From NCBI GenBank assembly GCA_963664815.2, contig CAXXHB010000003.1:1280001-1344000 (forward strand): 64,000 nucleotides of DNA, written 5' to 3'. The position numbers and the translations under genes were made by a program. Below, one piece after another: positions 51,629-62,743 of the stretch. Numbering within the stretch: position 1 is the stretch's first letter; each line of letters begins with the position of its first letter. The notes under the pieces were generated by a model that had not been told where the DNA came from, made no database searches, and was given only the letters and a program-made list of their open reading frames with translations. The DNA is from Spirochaetota bacterium (GTDB lineage Bacteria > Spirochaetota > UBA4802 > UBA5550).

Positions 51629-51737
51629 CGATGTTGATTTTTTAATATATATTTTAACGTTAAATAGACGATTATATCTCGCCACATTCTTTGACGGTGG
51701 TTAGAATAGAGTATTTTCTACTATAAAAGTTCAGGAA
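51629..51737. repeat. Dispersed intergenic hairpin element, copy D (inverted relative to A-C)
   Basis: Reverse complement reads TTCCTGAACTTTTATAGTAGAAAATACTCTATTCTAACCAC-N11-GTGGCGAGATATAATCGT...AATCAACATCG. Confidence 0.75.
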
Positions 51738-51786
51738 TTTCTATTGTAAGATATCATAAATTTCCGGAAAGGGGAATAAGGATAAT

Positions 51787-52806
51787 ATGAGTGAAAATTT
51801 AATACTGGACCATATTGTTAATATAACAGAGCACAGGGATCTTGAAATTCTCGAGATAAGCCTTATGCAGACTATTTTTGAGGTTATACCATGCAGAAAG
51901 GTTTTTATGCTGAGATACAATATGGAACAGGAAAAGTTACTATGTTCGGCCTGTTTTGATATTACCGGCCTGAACAACAGCTGCATTGAGTCGTGTATTG
52001 ATAAGACTCTGGTTATGGAGATGATTAAGGAAGTGAGTGAAACAGGTAAACTCAGGGCATACGCGGATAAAGGGGGGTATATAATATGCCCTGTGTCTCT
52101 CACAGGTAAAAACAGAACTTTTATAGAGGTTGAGTCATCGTCATACTCGGAATCTGATATAAGGGTGCTTGAATCCCTGACAAAGATATATCATAACTAT
52201 GTGTCACTTCTTGTTGACAACCAGCGTGACACCCTTACCGGCCTCCTTAACAGGAAAACATTTGATGACAAAATAATGAAACTGGTTGAAGTGAAAAAAG
52301 GGGAAACGCCGGCCGGAGATTATATAAATGAAAGAAGAAGGCATAATACAAAGCGTTTCTGGCTTGGTATGTATGATATAGATTTTTTTAAAAAAATAAA
52401 TGATTCATACGGCCATGTATTCGGGGACGAGGTATTGATTATTATATCACAGTTAATAACTGAATTTTTCAGAGCCGATGATCTTAAATTCCGTTTCGGC
52501 GGCGAGGAGTTTATAACTGTTATCATTGCTGACAGTACAAGGGATGCATATGAAGTATTTGAAAGGTTCAGGAAAACGGTGGCCTCTCATAAATTCCCCC
52601 AGATAGGAAAGGTCACCGTAAGTATTGGAATTGTTGAGATAACAGGTTACGAAATGTCGACGGCATTTGTCGGTTCGGCGGATAAGGCGCTCTATTACGC
52701 AAAGGAACATGGGAGGGATATGACATGCGTATATTCCGAACTTGTAAAGGATGGCCTTTTAAGCTCGGATATTCATAAAGGGGGAATTATTATATTTGAC
52801 CAGTGA
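51787..52806 (+). CDS. Diguanylate cyclase with GAF-like N-terminus
   Basis: DTLTGLLNR, DIDFFKKIND, RADD I-site, GGEEF. Confidence 0.92.
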   Translation: MSENLILDHIVNITEHRDLEILEISLMQTIFEVIPCRKVFMLRYNMEQEKLLCSACFDITGLNNSCIESCIDKTLVMEMIKEVSETGKLRAYADKGGYIICPVSLTGKNRTFIEVESSSYSESDIRVLESLTKIYHNYVSLLVDNQRDTLTGLLNRKTFDDKIMKLVEVKKGETPAGDYINERRRHNTKRFWLGMYDIDFFKKINDSYGHVFGDEVLIIISQLITEFFRADDLKFRFGGEEFITVIIADSTRDAYEVFERFRKTVASHKFPQIGKVTVSIGIVEITGYEMSTAFVGSADKALYYAKEHGRDMTCVYSELVKDGLLSSDIHKGGIIIFDQ

Positions 52807-52816
52807 CACACTTTCT

Positions 52817-53803
52817 TCAGAACAGGCCTGGTTGTTCATGATCTGTTATATCTGAAGAGCATAATTCCTCTTCAATTTCCCTCAGCCATATATCGGAAAG
52901 ATATTCAGGCGTACCGAGAAATGCGGAATGTTCAAAGCCTTTATCTGAACTGAACATGTTGTAAAACTCAGATGCCCTCAGAACATTGCTGTTGGCGTAA
53001 CAGTATATACAGCCGTGGGTACAGCTGTCGTATATGCCTATATCAGTACTCTCCGTGCAGCCGCACTCTTTGCGTGTGGGGCGGGATTTGAACTTATGGT
53101 GGCCCATTCCTGATATTGATGACAGTATTACACCGTCGATACATCGCCCCTTAAGTATTTTCTCTCCGGTGAGGTAGTCTCCGCAGCATGAATATATCTT
53201 TATCCCGTAGTTCGCGGCTGTTTCAGCAAGTTTACATGCCAGTTCTATCCTGTCATTAATATCAGGTGATATAAGTGATATTCCGGTTTTTCCGGTGAAA
53301 CTTTTAAAGCTTCTGTCCACTTTGCCATATTCAGTGGGGAAACTGATATAGCACCGTTTGACATAACCTGAGAGAGCACGGCATAAAGATTCAAATTTAT
53401 CAAGGTGATAATCCGCGCCGGTAATGTCTGAAACCAGTACCGGGTCGTACCTCCAGTTTATATGCTCAGGTGAAAACCTGCTGCTGAGATATTTCATCGA
53501 TTCAACAGATTCATACTCTCCGGGAGCCGCCGGTTCAAATATGGCGGGGAGTCCTGTTAATGTATAATTGAAAAAGAGTGAGTAGCCTTCATCTTTAAGC
53601 AGCAGGGCATTGTTTAAAAAAGGTGAGAAGTTCTTTGACCACAGAACAATGGAGGCAACATCATCTTTTTTCAATGAAACAATGTGCTTTTTATTATTGA
53701 ACGGATTAATATACCCGGCGAAACCCCCGGCCACACGGTTCATAAACCAGTTTCCGTAAAATGCCGGGATGTCTGTCCGTCTTGACGCTGAAATTATCTT
53801 CAT
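52817..53803 (-). CDS. DUF1848 family protein (radical-SAM-like)
   Basis: IISASRRTDIPAFY, WSKN, WRYDP, RKECGC..STDIG.Y.SCTHGCIYCYA. Confidence 0.9.
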   Translation of the reverse strand: MKIISASRRTDIPAFYGNWFMNRVAGGFAGYINPFNNKKHIVSLKKDDVASIVLWSKNFSPFLNNALLLKDEGYSLFFNYTLTGLPAIFEPAAPGEYESVESMKYLSSRFSPEHINWRYDPVLVSDITGADYHLDKFESLCRALSGYVKRCYISFPTEYGKVDRSFKSFTGKTGISLISPDINDRIELACKLAETAANYGIKIYSCCGDYLTGEKILKGRCIDGVILSSISGMGHHKFKSRPTRKECGCTESTDIGIYDSCTHGCIYCYANSNVLRASEFYNMFSSDKGFEHSAFLGTPEYLSDIWLREIEEELCSSDITDHEQPGLF

Positions 53804-53881
53804 AAACTCCTGAATCTGGTATCATTATATAAAATACCCTGTAATTCAGGTAAACAAAAAAATATTACCGGGAGTATAGAA

Positions 53882-55756
53882 CTATTCTTTATACATGCTG
53901 TCAATCTGCGTCATGTATTTCTGTCCGATCTCTTTTCTTTTAAGTTTCATTGTGGGTGTCAGCTCTCCACCCTCCTGAGTTAACTCGCCGGTGAGAAGAG
54001 TAAATTTTTTTATCTTTTCAACCTGCCCCAGGGATTCAGTTCTCTTTGCGATGATCTCTTCATACAGTTTATGTATTTCAGGTTTCGCCGCCAGCTCGTC
54101 TCTTGAACTGTATGTGATTCCATTCTTTCTGCAGTACTCTTCAAGTATTATAAAATTCGGCACAACCAGCGCCGATATGTACTTTTTCCCTTCGCCGATA
54201 GTGACAAACTGTTCGATAAAAAGCTCATCTCCGAGAAGAACCTCTATCTGCTGCGGTGATATATTCTTTCCTCCGGCTGTTATAATCAGGTCCTTGATCC
54301 TGTCTGTAATTTTAATATATGTAAGCATATCGCCATGTTTCTCTTCGGTGATTAATTCTCCCACGTCCTGGGTTTTAAACCACCCGTCCGGTGTGAAGCA
54401 CGATTTGGTCTCTTCCGGCTTTTTATGGTACCCGCTCATGCACATGCCGCCTTTAAGCTGAATCTCCCCCTCGTCAGACAGTCTCGCCTGGATCATCTGC
54501 AGCATGGGGCCGCAGTATGCGGGTTTCCCCGTGTCCCTGTACCCGACACATACGGGGAAAAACTCCGTGAGTCCGAATCCCTGGATGATATTGATGCCGA
54601 ATGCCTGAAAGAACTCGTTGATCTCCGGGGCAAAGGCCGCACCCCCGATATGGTATACACTACATCTCTCAGTGCCGAGTTTTGCACGTACCGCGCTGAA
54701 TATAAGCCTGTCAGCCAGCCTGTACCTGAAACCGCTCTGACCCCTGCCTGTGTTTATTTTTTTTCTGTATTCCTCAATCCCTACTTTTGAAGCCCATTCG
54801 AAAAGTCTTCTCTTCACAGGTGAGGCCGATTTTATCCCTTCGTGGATTGTGCCGTAGACTTTTTCCCATATTCGTGGGACGCTGGTCATAAAATGAGGTT
54901 TTACATGTGACATTACCTCAATAAACTGTTTGGGGTCGGGACAATAGGCTATTTTAACCCCTTCCGACATGCATCCGTAAGACCACATCCTTTCAAAAAC
55001 ATGACTTAATGGGAGAATGGCAAGGGATACCGTATCCGGGCCTGCCTCGGGAAATCTCATGTATGACGGATATATTCCGTTCATGAAACTCCTGTGTGTA
55101 TGAACGGCGCCTTTAGGTTTGCCGGTTGTTCCGGAGGTATATATAAGAGTGAGTATATCATCAGGCTTAACGCTCTGCAGCCTGTTGTCAAGCTCGGCGT
55201 CGTTGGTCAGATTTTTACCTTTATCAATGAGATCGTTAAAGTGAACGCTGTGGTCCCCTTCAATTTCAGTTTCACTGTCGAAGGCAACAATCAGTTTGAG
55301 TGTTCTGCTCTCTTTTATTATCTGTTTGGCTTTATTATATTGATCCTGATCCCCTGTGAAAATAATCTTCACATCAGCATCATTTATAATATATTCTGCT
55401 TCATCTTTGGAGTTTGTAGCATAGACGGGAACCGATACAGCCCGTGTGGAGAGAATACCAAGGTCGGAGATAGCCCATTCAGCCCTGTTGTGTGAAAATA
55501 TTGCACACATCTCCCCGGGCTGAAGTTTCATATCGATAAGAGCTTTTGCGGTAGCCCTGGTTTTATCCCCCAGTTCGCTCCATTTTATCGATTCCCATTC
55601 ACCTTTACTGTTCTTATGTGTCAGGGCATCGCGGTCCTTAAACCTTTCCGCCCGTTTCAGCATCATGTATGCGAGGGTTTTGTTCTCGTTCAGGTAGTTG
55701 TCAAAATCCTTCTGCCAGTCTCTTTTTGATTCATTTAACGGCTGTATCATATTCAC
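53882..55756 (-). CDS. fadD: AMP-dependent long-chain fatty acid-CoA ligase
   Basis: IYTSGTTGKPKG, LPLSHVFER, VPRIWEK, QGFGLTE, DGWFKT, RIKDLIITAGGKNI, TPTMKLKR; GGAGG before the GTG start. Confidence 0.93.
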   Translation of the reverse strand: MNMIQPLNESKRDWQKDFDNYLNENKTLAYMMLKRAERFKDRDALTHKNSKGEWESIKWSELGDKTRATAKALIDMKLQPGEMCAIFSHNRAEWAISDLGILSTRAVSVPVYATNSKDEAEYIINDADVKIIFTGDQDQYNKAKQIIKESRTLKLIVAFDSETEIEGDHSVHFNDLIDKGKNLTNDAELDNRLQSVKPDDILTLIYTSGTTGKPKGAVHTHRSFMNGIYPSYMRFPEAGPDTVSLAILPLSHVFERMWSYGCMSEGVKIAYCPDPKQFIEVMSHVKPHFMTSVPRIWEKVYGTIHEGIKSASPVKRRLFEWASKVGIEEYRKKINTGRGQSGFRYRLADRLIFSAVRAKLGTERCSVYHIGGAAFAPEINEFFQAFGINIIQGFGLTEFFPVCVGYRDTGKPAYCGPMLQMIQARLSDEGEIQLKGGMCMSGYHKKPEETKSCFTPDGWFKTQDVGELITEEKHGDMLTYIKITDRIKDLIITAGGKNISPQQIEVLLGDELFIEQFVTIGEGKKYISALVVPNFIILEEYCRKNGITYSSRDELAAKPEIHKLYEEIIAKRTESLGQVEKIKKFTLLTGELTQEGGELTPTMKLKRKEIGQKYMTQIDSMYKE

Positions 55757-55914
55757 CCTCCGGGTTATCTTTTTTTTGTTTGTGATATAATATTTTTTTA
55801 GCAGAGGTTTAAGTCAAATATTATTTAGAAATAATGTTCATTTTATAGAACATGGTTCTGTATCGGGGAGAGCTGCTCTCTCAGAGGGTAGGTTTTTTTA
55901 ATACTTCCGGAATT

Positions 55915-55974
55915 ATCGTTCTAACCATCATCGTTCTATCTATCATCGTTTTAACTATCATCGATCTAACCATC
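55915..55974. repeat. Tandem repeat, 4 x 15 bp (ATCGTTCTAACCATC consensus)
   Basis: atcgttctaaccatc atcgttctatctatc atcgttttaactatc atcgatctaaccatc. Confidence 0.9.
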
Positions 55975-55975
55975 C

Positions 55976-57055
55976 TTATACCCTCACTTTATAAAGATTA
56001 TCCGGAAATTCAAATTTACAGGTAACTCCACCTGAATTTTCCATAACCACCCGTCCTCTCATCTGCAGCTCTCCGAGAGTGTAGATCAGCTGTAATCCAA
56101 GAGTGTTATGGTTCTTAAAATCAAATCCGGCCGCTACACCGATCCCGTTATCATGATAATGAAGGATGTTTTCTGAATCACCGCTGGTCAGCGTGATTGT
56201 TATAACTCCTTTATGATCATCAGGAAATGCGTATTTTAATGAATTTGTGATAAGCTCATTGAGAATCAGGCCAAGGGGAATTGCCGTATCAAGAAGAAAA
56301 TAGTGGTCACAGGCATTAATATTTAATGATACTTTATCAACAGGCACCTCGAAATCCTGCATAATCATATCTGACAGTTTATGGATATATTCATTTATGG
56401 GGATCTGCGATAAATTCTGGCTATTATACAGCATCTGGTGCACAAGTGATATTGCCCGGATTCTCTGTTCGGTATTTTTCAAAACGTCCTGAAGCTCTCC
56501 ATTTGAGGGATGCTCCTCGGCCTGCAGAAGCAGCATGCTGATTATTACCTGAAGTGAATTTCTGGTCCGATGGTATAGTTCACGGATAAGCGTTTCTTTT
56601 TCATGCAGCAGCTGCATGAGCCTCTCCTCTGTAATTTTGCGCCCGGCTATCTCCCGTTCTAATGCCTCTATATGAGTCAGCTGAAGGTGGATGTTTACAC
56701 GCGCCAGAACCTCTTCCAGCTGGAATGGTTTTGTGATAAAATCAACCCCGCCGCAAGAGAAGGCCTTCAGTTTATCGATTGTCTCATTAAGGGCGCTTAT
56801 AAAAATAACAGGTATGTCATGAAGCTTTTCATCCTCCTTGAGATATCGGCAGACCTCATATCCGTCCATTTCAGGCATGGTTATATCCAGGAGAATAAGA
56901 TCAGGCGGATTGTTTCTGGCTGACTGCAATGCAAGGTTTCCGTTAAGCGCAGCTCTTATCCTGTATCCTTTCTGTTTCAGCATCCCTGTCAGGAGCTCAA
57001 GGTTTGCCGGTTTATCATCTACAATAAGTATATTTGCCTGTTCATTATGATTCAT
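55976..57055 (-). CDS. REC + HisKA_2-type histidine kinase
   Basis: [45 protein letters not shown]; overlaps the upstream kinase stop. Confidence 0.92.
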   Translation of the reverse strand: MNHNEQANILIVDDKPANLELLTGMLKQKGYRIRAALNGNLALQSARNNPPDLILLDITMPEMDGYEVCRYLKEDEKLHDIPVIFISALNETIDKLKAFSCGGVDFITKPFQLEEVLARVNIHLQLTHIEALEREIAGRKITEERLMQLLHEKETLIRELYHRTRNSLQVIISMLLLQAEEHPSNGELQDVLKNTEQRIRAISLVHQMLYNSQNLSQIPINEYIHKLSDMIMQDFEVPVDKVSLNINACDHYFLLDTAIPLGLILNELITNSLKYAFPDDHKGVITITLTSGDSENILHYHDNGIGVAAGFDFKNHNTLGLQLIYTLGELQMRGRVVMENSGGVTCKFEFPDNLYKVRV

Positions 57056-60000
57056 AATAGCCGTCCCTGATTTTTAGCAGATCTATGAGCCTGTCAAACT
57101 GGTATTTTTTCAGCATATCTGTCATCTCCTGCTTTACCTGCCTGGATAAGGTATAGCTGCTCTCAATAATTTCAAGAAGCAGATCCTGATCGAGGTTTAT
57201 AGCGGCTTCCAGCATCGAATTCCTGGTTTCACAGGTGAGTTGTGCTATATCCTCCTCAAGAACATATACATTACCCGGTTTAATATCCTTTTTTTGTTCA
57301 TGAATCTCATTGCTGTAAATATACTCCAGATCGAGATATTTTTTTATCATGTCAAAAATTTCCCTTTCCCTGAATGGTTTCCTGAGATAATCACTGGCGC
57401 CTATGCCGAGCACTTTAATCCTGTCCTCTTCAAATGCGCTTGCTGTTACGGCAACGATCGGGATATCTCTCCCGCTCTCCATCCCCTTAATCACACGGAT
57501 CGCATCATAACCGCTCATCACCGGCATATTCAGATCCATAAGGATGATATCCGGATTCCACTCTTCAAATATGCGGATTGCATCCCGGCCGTTTTCCGAT
57601 TCCCGGACAGAGAACCCTGCGGATTCAAGCATCTCTTTCATGAGTTTCCTGTTATCGGTTTTATCATCAGCTACCAGCACTCTGAATTCTTTTTCATTAG
57701 CCATGATTTTTATGACGTTTCTCGCGGGAATTTCATAAGATGCTTCATCTTTTATCGCAGGCTCCACGCTGATTTTCATTGTAAAACATGTCCCTTTTCC
57801 TGCCTCGCTCCTGACGTTTATATCCCCTCCGAGGAGTCTCGCATAGTAGATGCATATAGGGAGCCCAAGGCCGGTACCTCCGGCTTTCATTCCTGCGTCA
57901 GTCTGTTCAAAGACCTCAAAAATCCTGTTTATATCACTTTCGGAGATCCCCGTTCCGCTGTCTTCAATGTCAATTACAAGCATCTGCATAATTCCCGGTG
58001 ATTCTTCAATCCGTACCCTTATGGCAATGCCGCCTTCTTCGGTGAATTTTACTGCGTTACCGATAAGGTTTATCAGTATCTGCCGAAGCTTACCCTGATC
58101 GGTGCTGATAAATTCCGGTAGTCCCGGCGGGATTTCAAGGATAAGGCTGAGATTCTTTGCATCGGTTTTTACCTTGAACATCATTTCAATGTCGCGTAGA
58201 AGGGAGTGAAGGCTGAATATAGAAAAGGTTATCCCCATGCGCCCCGATTCAATTTTAGAAATTTCCAGTATGTCATTTATCAGGGAGAGGAGGTGTTCAC
58301 CGCTTCTGTTTATAGTATCCAGTCTTTCTGACTGTTTCATGGTAATCTCCGGATCGCGTTTCATCAGCTGTGAAAAGCCGAGTATGGCATTCATCGGAGT
58401 GCGGATTTCGTGCGACATGCTCGACAGGAAACGGCTTTTTGCATTATTCGCCGCCTCGGCGGCCTCTTTTGCCTCCTGAAGTCTGATCTCGGCGAGCTTG
58501 ATGTCGGATATATCCCTGTTTATTCCCACGATTCCGTAGGGAGTTCCATCCTTATCTGTAAGCGGCACCTTTGTGATGTAATACCATCTGCTTTCGGTAT
58601 TATTAATAACAGTAAGCTCCTCCCTGTTAATGCATTGTTTTTCCTTCTGCAGTAAAAGCTGCTCTTCGCGATATGATTCGTTAGCCCTTTCCTGCGGCAG
58701 CAGGTCAAAATCTGTCTTATCAAGAATACTTTCTGAGGATCCAGGTAAAAGGATCTCCAGTACTTTCGAGTTAGCCAGTATAAATTTTCCATTTGAATCT
58801 TTTGCATAAATCTGATCAGGTATGCTGTTTATCAGGGTTTTTAAGAGGTTTCGTTCGTCCGAAAGCATTCTTTCAGACTCCATGCGTTGTGTAATGTCCT
58901 TGAATACAACTACAGCACCTATAACCTCATGGTTTTCAGCTATCGGAGTGCTTATGTATTCAACGGGGAAAGCGGTTCCGTCCCGTTTCCAGAATATCTC
59001 ATCGCTGATACGGTACTGTCTTTTTTTACTGAAAGCCATGTAAATCGGGCACTCCTCAACCGGATATGGAGAACCGTCGGGCTTCGTATGATGCAGATGG
59101 TTATGACCGTGTTTACCGGTCAGTTCAAAACCCTCCCATCCCAGCATACGAATCCCTGCGGGATTAATAAATGTTATAATTCCATTACTGTCGATTCCAT
59201 AAATACCCTCTCCAATTGAATTGAGAATGAGATCATTCCGCCTTCTTGCATTTTCAACCTCTTTTGTACGTTCAGTTACCATCTCCTCCAGCCGGTCACG
59301 GTAGTTTTTCAGCTCCTCTTCCGCCTTGATCCTGCCTGTGATATCCCTTGAGATAACTACAATTGACTTGCCCCCTGAAGCTCTGTTTATAATGTTGCCG
59401 CCGCATTCCACCCATAACCAGCGGCCGTCACTGTGTCTGAATCTCCATATATCGCGCGATGGTTTGCCGCTGATCAGCAGATCCCCGTATTTTTCTCTGG
59501 CATTCTGCAGGTCATCGGGGTGTATCAAATCTTCAGCGCTTTTTGAGATCATCTCTTCAGGTTCATAACCAAGGACTTTTTTATAGGATGGGCTAAGGTA
59601 GGTATATCTTCCGGTTTCATCGAGTTCACAGATCAGGTCGTTTATATCCTCCACCATCATCCTGTAGCGTTCCCTGCTTTCAACCAGTTCGTTCTGTAAT
59701 CTCTTCAGCTCGTTTATGTCTGAAAAAGTGATTACCATCATCTGAAGTTTTCCGTCTGAACCGAATTCAGGAAAGGCATTAATCAGTACAAATTTAACAT
59801 CATTGGTATGAGGTCTTACAACCCCCATTATATGGTCTTTCAGCGGTTTTAAGCCTGATAAGACTATATTTACAGGATATTCATCAGGCTCGGCCCTGTT
59901 CCCGTCCTCATTTATAAAATACCACCCGGGATCCATGGCGGTTTTCCCTTTCATCTGTTCAATTGTAAGCCCCAGAATCTGTGATGCGTAGTTATTTGCC

Positions 60001-62438
60001 ATGATTATTGATGTATCAGGTCCGTGAACCACAACGCCTGTCTGAAGGTTATCCATGAGGAGCCTGTACTTCTCTTCGCTTCTCCTGAGGGAATTTTCGA
60101 TGTTTCTTCTTGAAAGAATCTTGCTTAATTCATTTGCAATTATCTGAAGGTTAACAACATCATTGTCATTATATTCTTCAGATTTGTTGCCTACACCAAA
60201 GATAATCCTTGCAGTGCCGCCTTCGATCACAGGGATACTCATGAACCTTTTCACCGGTGTATGGCCTTCGGGGAGACCTTTCCGGTTTGGTGAATCGGAG
60301 AAATTATTGTATATTACGGGCCGTTTCTCCCTTACGCAGTCAACCCAGTTCCCCGCTTCGTCAACAGGATAGTGAAAATCATAAAGGGCATTGCACGTTT
60401 TAAGCGCCTCGCTGTTCCATGACGTCAGAACAATTGTTCTGCCGTCATCATCGACAGAGTGACAGAACCCGATAGAGCTGTCTGTCAGCATAACAGCGCA
60501 GTCGAGGGCGAAGTCGAAGAGTTCCTTATCTTTGAAATAATATGCCTTTTCATGAAGTTCAAGAAGAACCCTTCCGCGCTCCTTCTCTTTATATATTATA
60601 TTCTCTGCCCTTAATCTGTCAGATATATCAGTGTCAAAGATAAGGGCTGCGGGTTTCCTCTCCCAGGTGATAGCTGCCGCATGTCTTTCCAGAGTGCTGA
60701 TCGAACCGTCTTTACGGGTTATTCTGAAAGAGTATATTTCCGGCGCCTCTTCTCCATTAAGTCTCCTGCTGTGATAATCAAGCAGAAGTTCACGGTCGTC
60801 CTGATGTACAATGTCCGAGTATCTTGTTCCGGTGATTTCTGCCGCTGTATAACCGGTGGTCTCCATTATATTCCTGTTGGAGAACCTAACCAGATCATCC
60901 TGGATAACAAGAATTGTTTCACCGGCGTTTTCAATCAGGGTCCTGTATTTCTCCTCGGATTCCATGAGCTCGCTTTCCGACTGAAGCAGTGCCTCGTTGG
61001 ATGCTTCATACTCTTCGTTGATTGCCTGCAGTTCCTGGATTGTTTCATTCAGTTTTTCATTTACATCCAGCAGCTCATCATTCGCCTTTCTGACGGATGC
61101 TTCAGCCTCTTCTTTTCCATAAATTTCTTCCTCCAGGGATCTGTTCAGTCCTGTGAGCTCCAAAGTCCTCTCCGCTACCCGTTCCTCCAGCAGTTCATTG
61201 CTTCCGGCAAGATCCCGGTTTGCCTTTTTTATCTTTATATTAAGCCTGAATACTGTGACTGACATTACTGATGTGATTAACAGCAGTAACAGCAGCAGGA
61301 TTGAAGGGTACCTGTATTCCCTGAAGAGATCAACGAAGGTGATTTTCCCGTAATCGCTGTAGGGACCAACGCGAAGTTTCATCATAAGACGGTGCACCGG
61401 CTCATAGGCAAGCGGAGTTGTCCATCCTGCGATTCCTGCGGCTCTGGCGGAGGGGTCGCTTTTTCTTATTCTGAACAGGGCGCTTACTACGTTCCGTGAG
61501 AGTAAATCGGACGTGGTGCGTATTTTAGCCAGCGGCCATTCAGGATAGAGCCTGCTGCTGACGTGCAGCGGAAATTCACCGGAAATCCTGTCATTGAGTA
61601 TCCGGAAGTCTCTGATATCTATTTTACCCGCAGCTGCCATCTGTTCAAGTACACCGGTCCAGACGGCGCCCGCATCACCCCTGCCGTCACGCACTCCATA
61701 TACGATATTATCATGTGGAAATCCGGCAAATAAAACCTCTGCCAGGTCCTTATCCGGATCGATCCCGAGGTCTTTCATCTCACTCTCCGCGATCCACCAT
61801 GTTAACGATCTCTCTGTGGCAGCTATGAATTTTTTCCCTCTGAGATCATTGATATCTCTGATATCTGTCCTTTCTGATTTTGTGAAAATAACCGTTCCAA
61901 CTTTACTGCATTCAATGCTGCCGTTAAGACTGACCCTGGTGGCTATGCGCGTTATATCATATTTCTTTTCGAGAGTAACATAACTGCCCGGATTTGTTAT
62001 AATAAAATCGAGTTCACATTTTTCTATTGCAGGGCCGATTGTATTATGGTCAAAGGGTATAATCCTGAATCTGTATCCGGGGATATTTGCAGTCAGATAA
62101 TCCGCTGTAGGGGCCCATGCTTTTATGGTCTCCTCGTGACCCCTTATTGCGAGAACCCCGATGTTGATATTTTCGTAGGAATAAACTTTTTTTATGAAGA
62201 GGGATGTAATTAGTACTATCACCAGGAGGCATATCGTAATATTCTTCACGGAATTTTGAGCTTTACGTTTTCCCGCTGCATGTTGATGCAGGTTGTCAGC
62301 ATATAATGCTTCAGTTATCATAAACCCGCTGTTCATTATTTTATATAATCCGCACCTATACTTTTTTTTACCGGCTGCAGCCGGGTAATGTGTCTGTCCG
62401 TTCATACCCCGTACTGTTTGTTGATAATCTATAATCAT
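57045..62438 (-). CDS. Large hybrid sensor kinase (PhnD-like binding domain - TM - PAS/GAF/PAS array - HisKA - HATPase - REC)
   Basis: [22 protein letters not shown]; five PAS, one GAF; [24 protein letters not shown]. True start may be GTG 62249. Confidence 0.92.
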   Translation of the reverse strand: MIIDYQQTVRGMNGQTHYPAAAGKKKYRCGLYKIMNSGFMITEALYADNLHQHAAGKRKAQNSVKNITICLLVIVLITSLFIKKVYSYENINIGVLAIRGHEETIKAWAPTADYLTANIPGYRFRIIPFDHNTIGPAIEKCELDFIITNPGSYVTLEKKYDITRIATRVSLNGSIECSKVGTVIFTKSERTDIRDINDLRGKKFIAATERSLTWWIAESEMKDLGIDPDKDLAEVLFAGFPHDNIVYGVRDGRGDAGAVWTGVLEQMAAAGKIDIRDFRILNDRISGEFPLHVSSRLYPEWPLAKIRTTSDLLSRNVVSALFRIRKSDPSARAAGIAGWTTPLAYEPVHRLMMKLRVGPYSDYGKITFVDLFREYRYPSILLLLLLLITSVMSVTVFRLNIKIKKANRDLAGSNELLEERVAERTLELTGLNRSLEEEIYGKEEAEASVRKANDELLDVNEKLNETIQELQAINEEYEASNEALLQSESELMESEEKYRTLIENAGETILVIQDDLVRFSNRNIMETTGYTAAEITGTRYSDIVHQDDRELLLDYHSRRLNGEEAPEIYSFRITRKDGSISTLERHAAAITWERKPAALIFDTDISDRLRAENIIYKEKERGRVLLELHEKAYYFKDKELFDFALDCAVMLTDSSIGFCHSVDDDGRTIVLTSWNSEALKTCNALYDFHYPVDEAGNWVDCVREKRPVIYNNFSDSPNRKGLPEGHTPVKRFMSIPVIEGGTARIIFGVGNKSEEYNDNDVVNLQIIANELSKILSRRNIENSLRRSEEKYRLLMDNLQTGVVVHGPDTSIIMANNYASQILGLTIEQMKGKTAMDPGWYFINEDGNRAEPDEYPVNIVLSGLKPLKDHIMGVVRPHTNDVKFVLINAFPEFGSDGKLQMMVITFSDINELKRLQNELVESRERYRMMVEDINDLICELDETGRYTYLSPSYKKVLGYEPEEMISKSAEDLIHPDDLQNAREKYGDLLISGKPSRDIWRFRHSDGRWLWVECGGNIINRASGGKSIVVISRDITGRIKAEEELKNYRDRLEEMVTERTKEVENARRRNDLILNSIGEGIYGIDSNGIITFINPAGIRMLGWEGFELTGKHGHNHLHHTKPDGSPYPVEECPIYMAFSKKRQYRISDEIFWKRDGTAFPVEYISTPIAENHEVIGAVVVFKDITQRMESERMLSDERNLLKTLINSIPDQIYAKDSNGKFILANSKVLEILLPGSSESILDKTDFDLLPQERANESYREEQLLLQKEKQCINREELTVINNTESRWYYITKVPLTDKDGTPYGIVGINRDISDIKLAEIRLQEAKEAAEAANNAKSRFLSSMSHEIRTPMNAILGFSQLMKRDPEITMKQSERLDTINRSGEHLLSLINDILEISKIESGRMGITFSIFSLHSLLRDIEMMFKVKTDAKNLSLILEIPPGLPEFISTDQGKLRQILINLIGNAVKFTEEGGIAIRVRIEESPGIMQMLVIDIEDSGTGISESDINRIFEVFEQTDAGMKAGGTGLGLPICIYYARLLGGDINVRSEAGKGTCFTMKISVEPAIKDEASYEIPARNVIKIMANEKEFRVLVADDKTDNRKLMKEMLESAGFSVRESENGRDAIRIFEEWNPDIILMDLNMPVMSGYDAIRVIKGMESGRDIPIVAVTASAFEEDRIKVLGIGASDYLRKPFREREIFDMIKKYLDLEYIYSNEIHEQKKDIKPGNVYVLEEDIAQLTCETRNSMLEAAINLDQDLLLEIIESSYTLSRQVKQEMTDMLKKYQFDRLIDLLKIRDGYYES

Positions 62439-62743
62439 ACTGCTGATATTATATATATAACTATAAAAGAATAAAATTCCATATTTTTCGGATTTATCAG
62501 GTGACAGTATTAAATAAATTTTAACCTGCCTATGCTTTTTATAGAGTGTTTATACTAGGAATAGGTTTATAATAGCATTTTTTTAATGAATTTCATATTT
62601 TTATATATACAAATATTACACCGGTTTTATAAATGAAGGATTAATAAAAACAGATTATATTGTATGTCCTGTTTTAAATAATTTAATCTGGTCTGTGATA
62701 TGTAATAATTTTAAAAAGCTTATTTATAATAAGGAGTTTGATT

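Noticed and set aside
55915-55974. Repeat array as CRISPR
   Set aside because: Units are 15 bp and contiguous, with no spacers and no cas genes.
57240-58001. 253-aa plus-strand ORF and similar nested ORFs throughout the track
   Set aside because: Antisense or alternative-frame shadows of well-supported genes, with no motifs.
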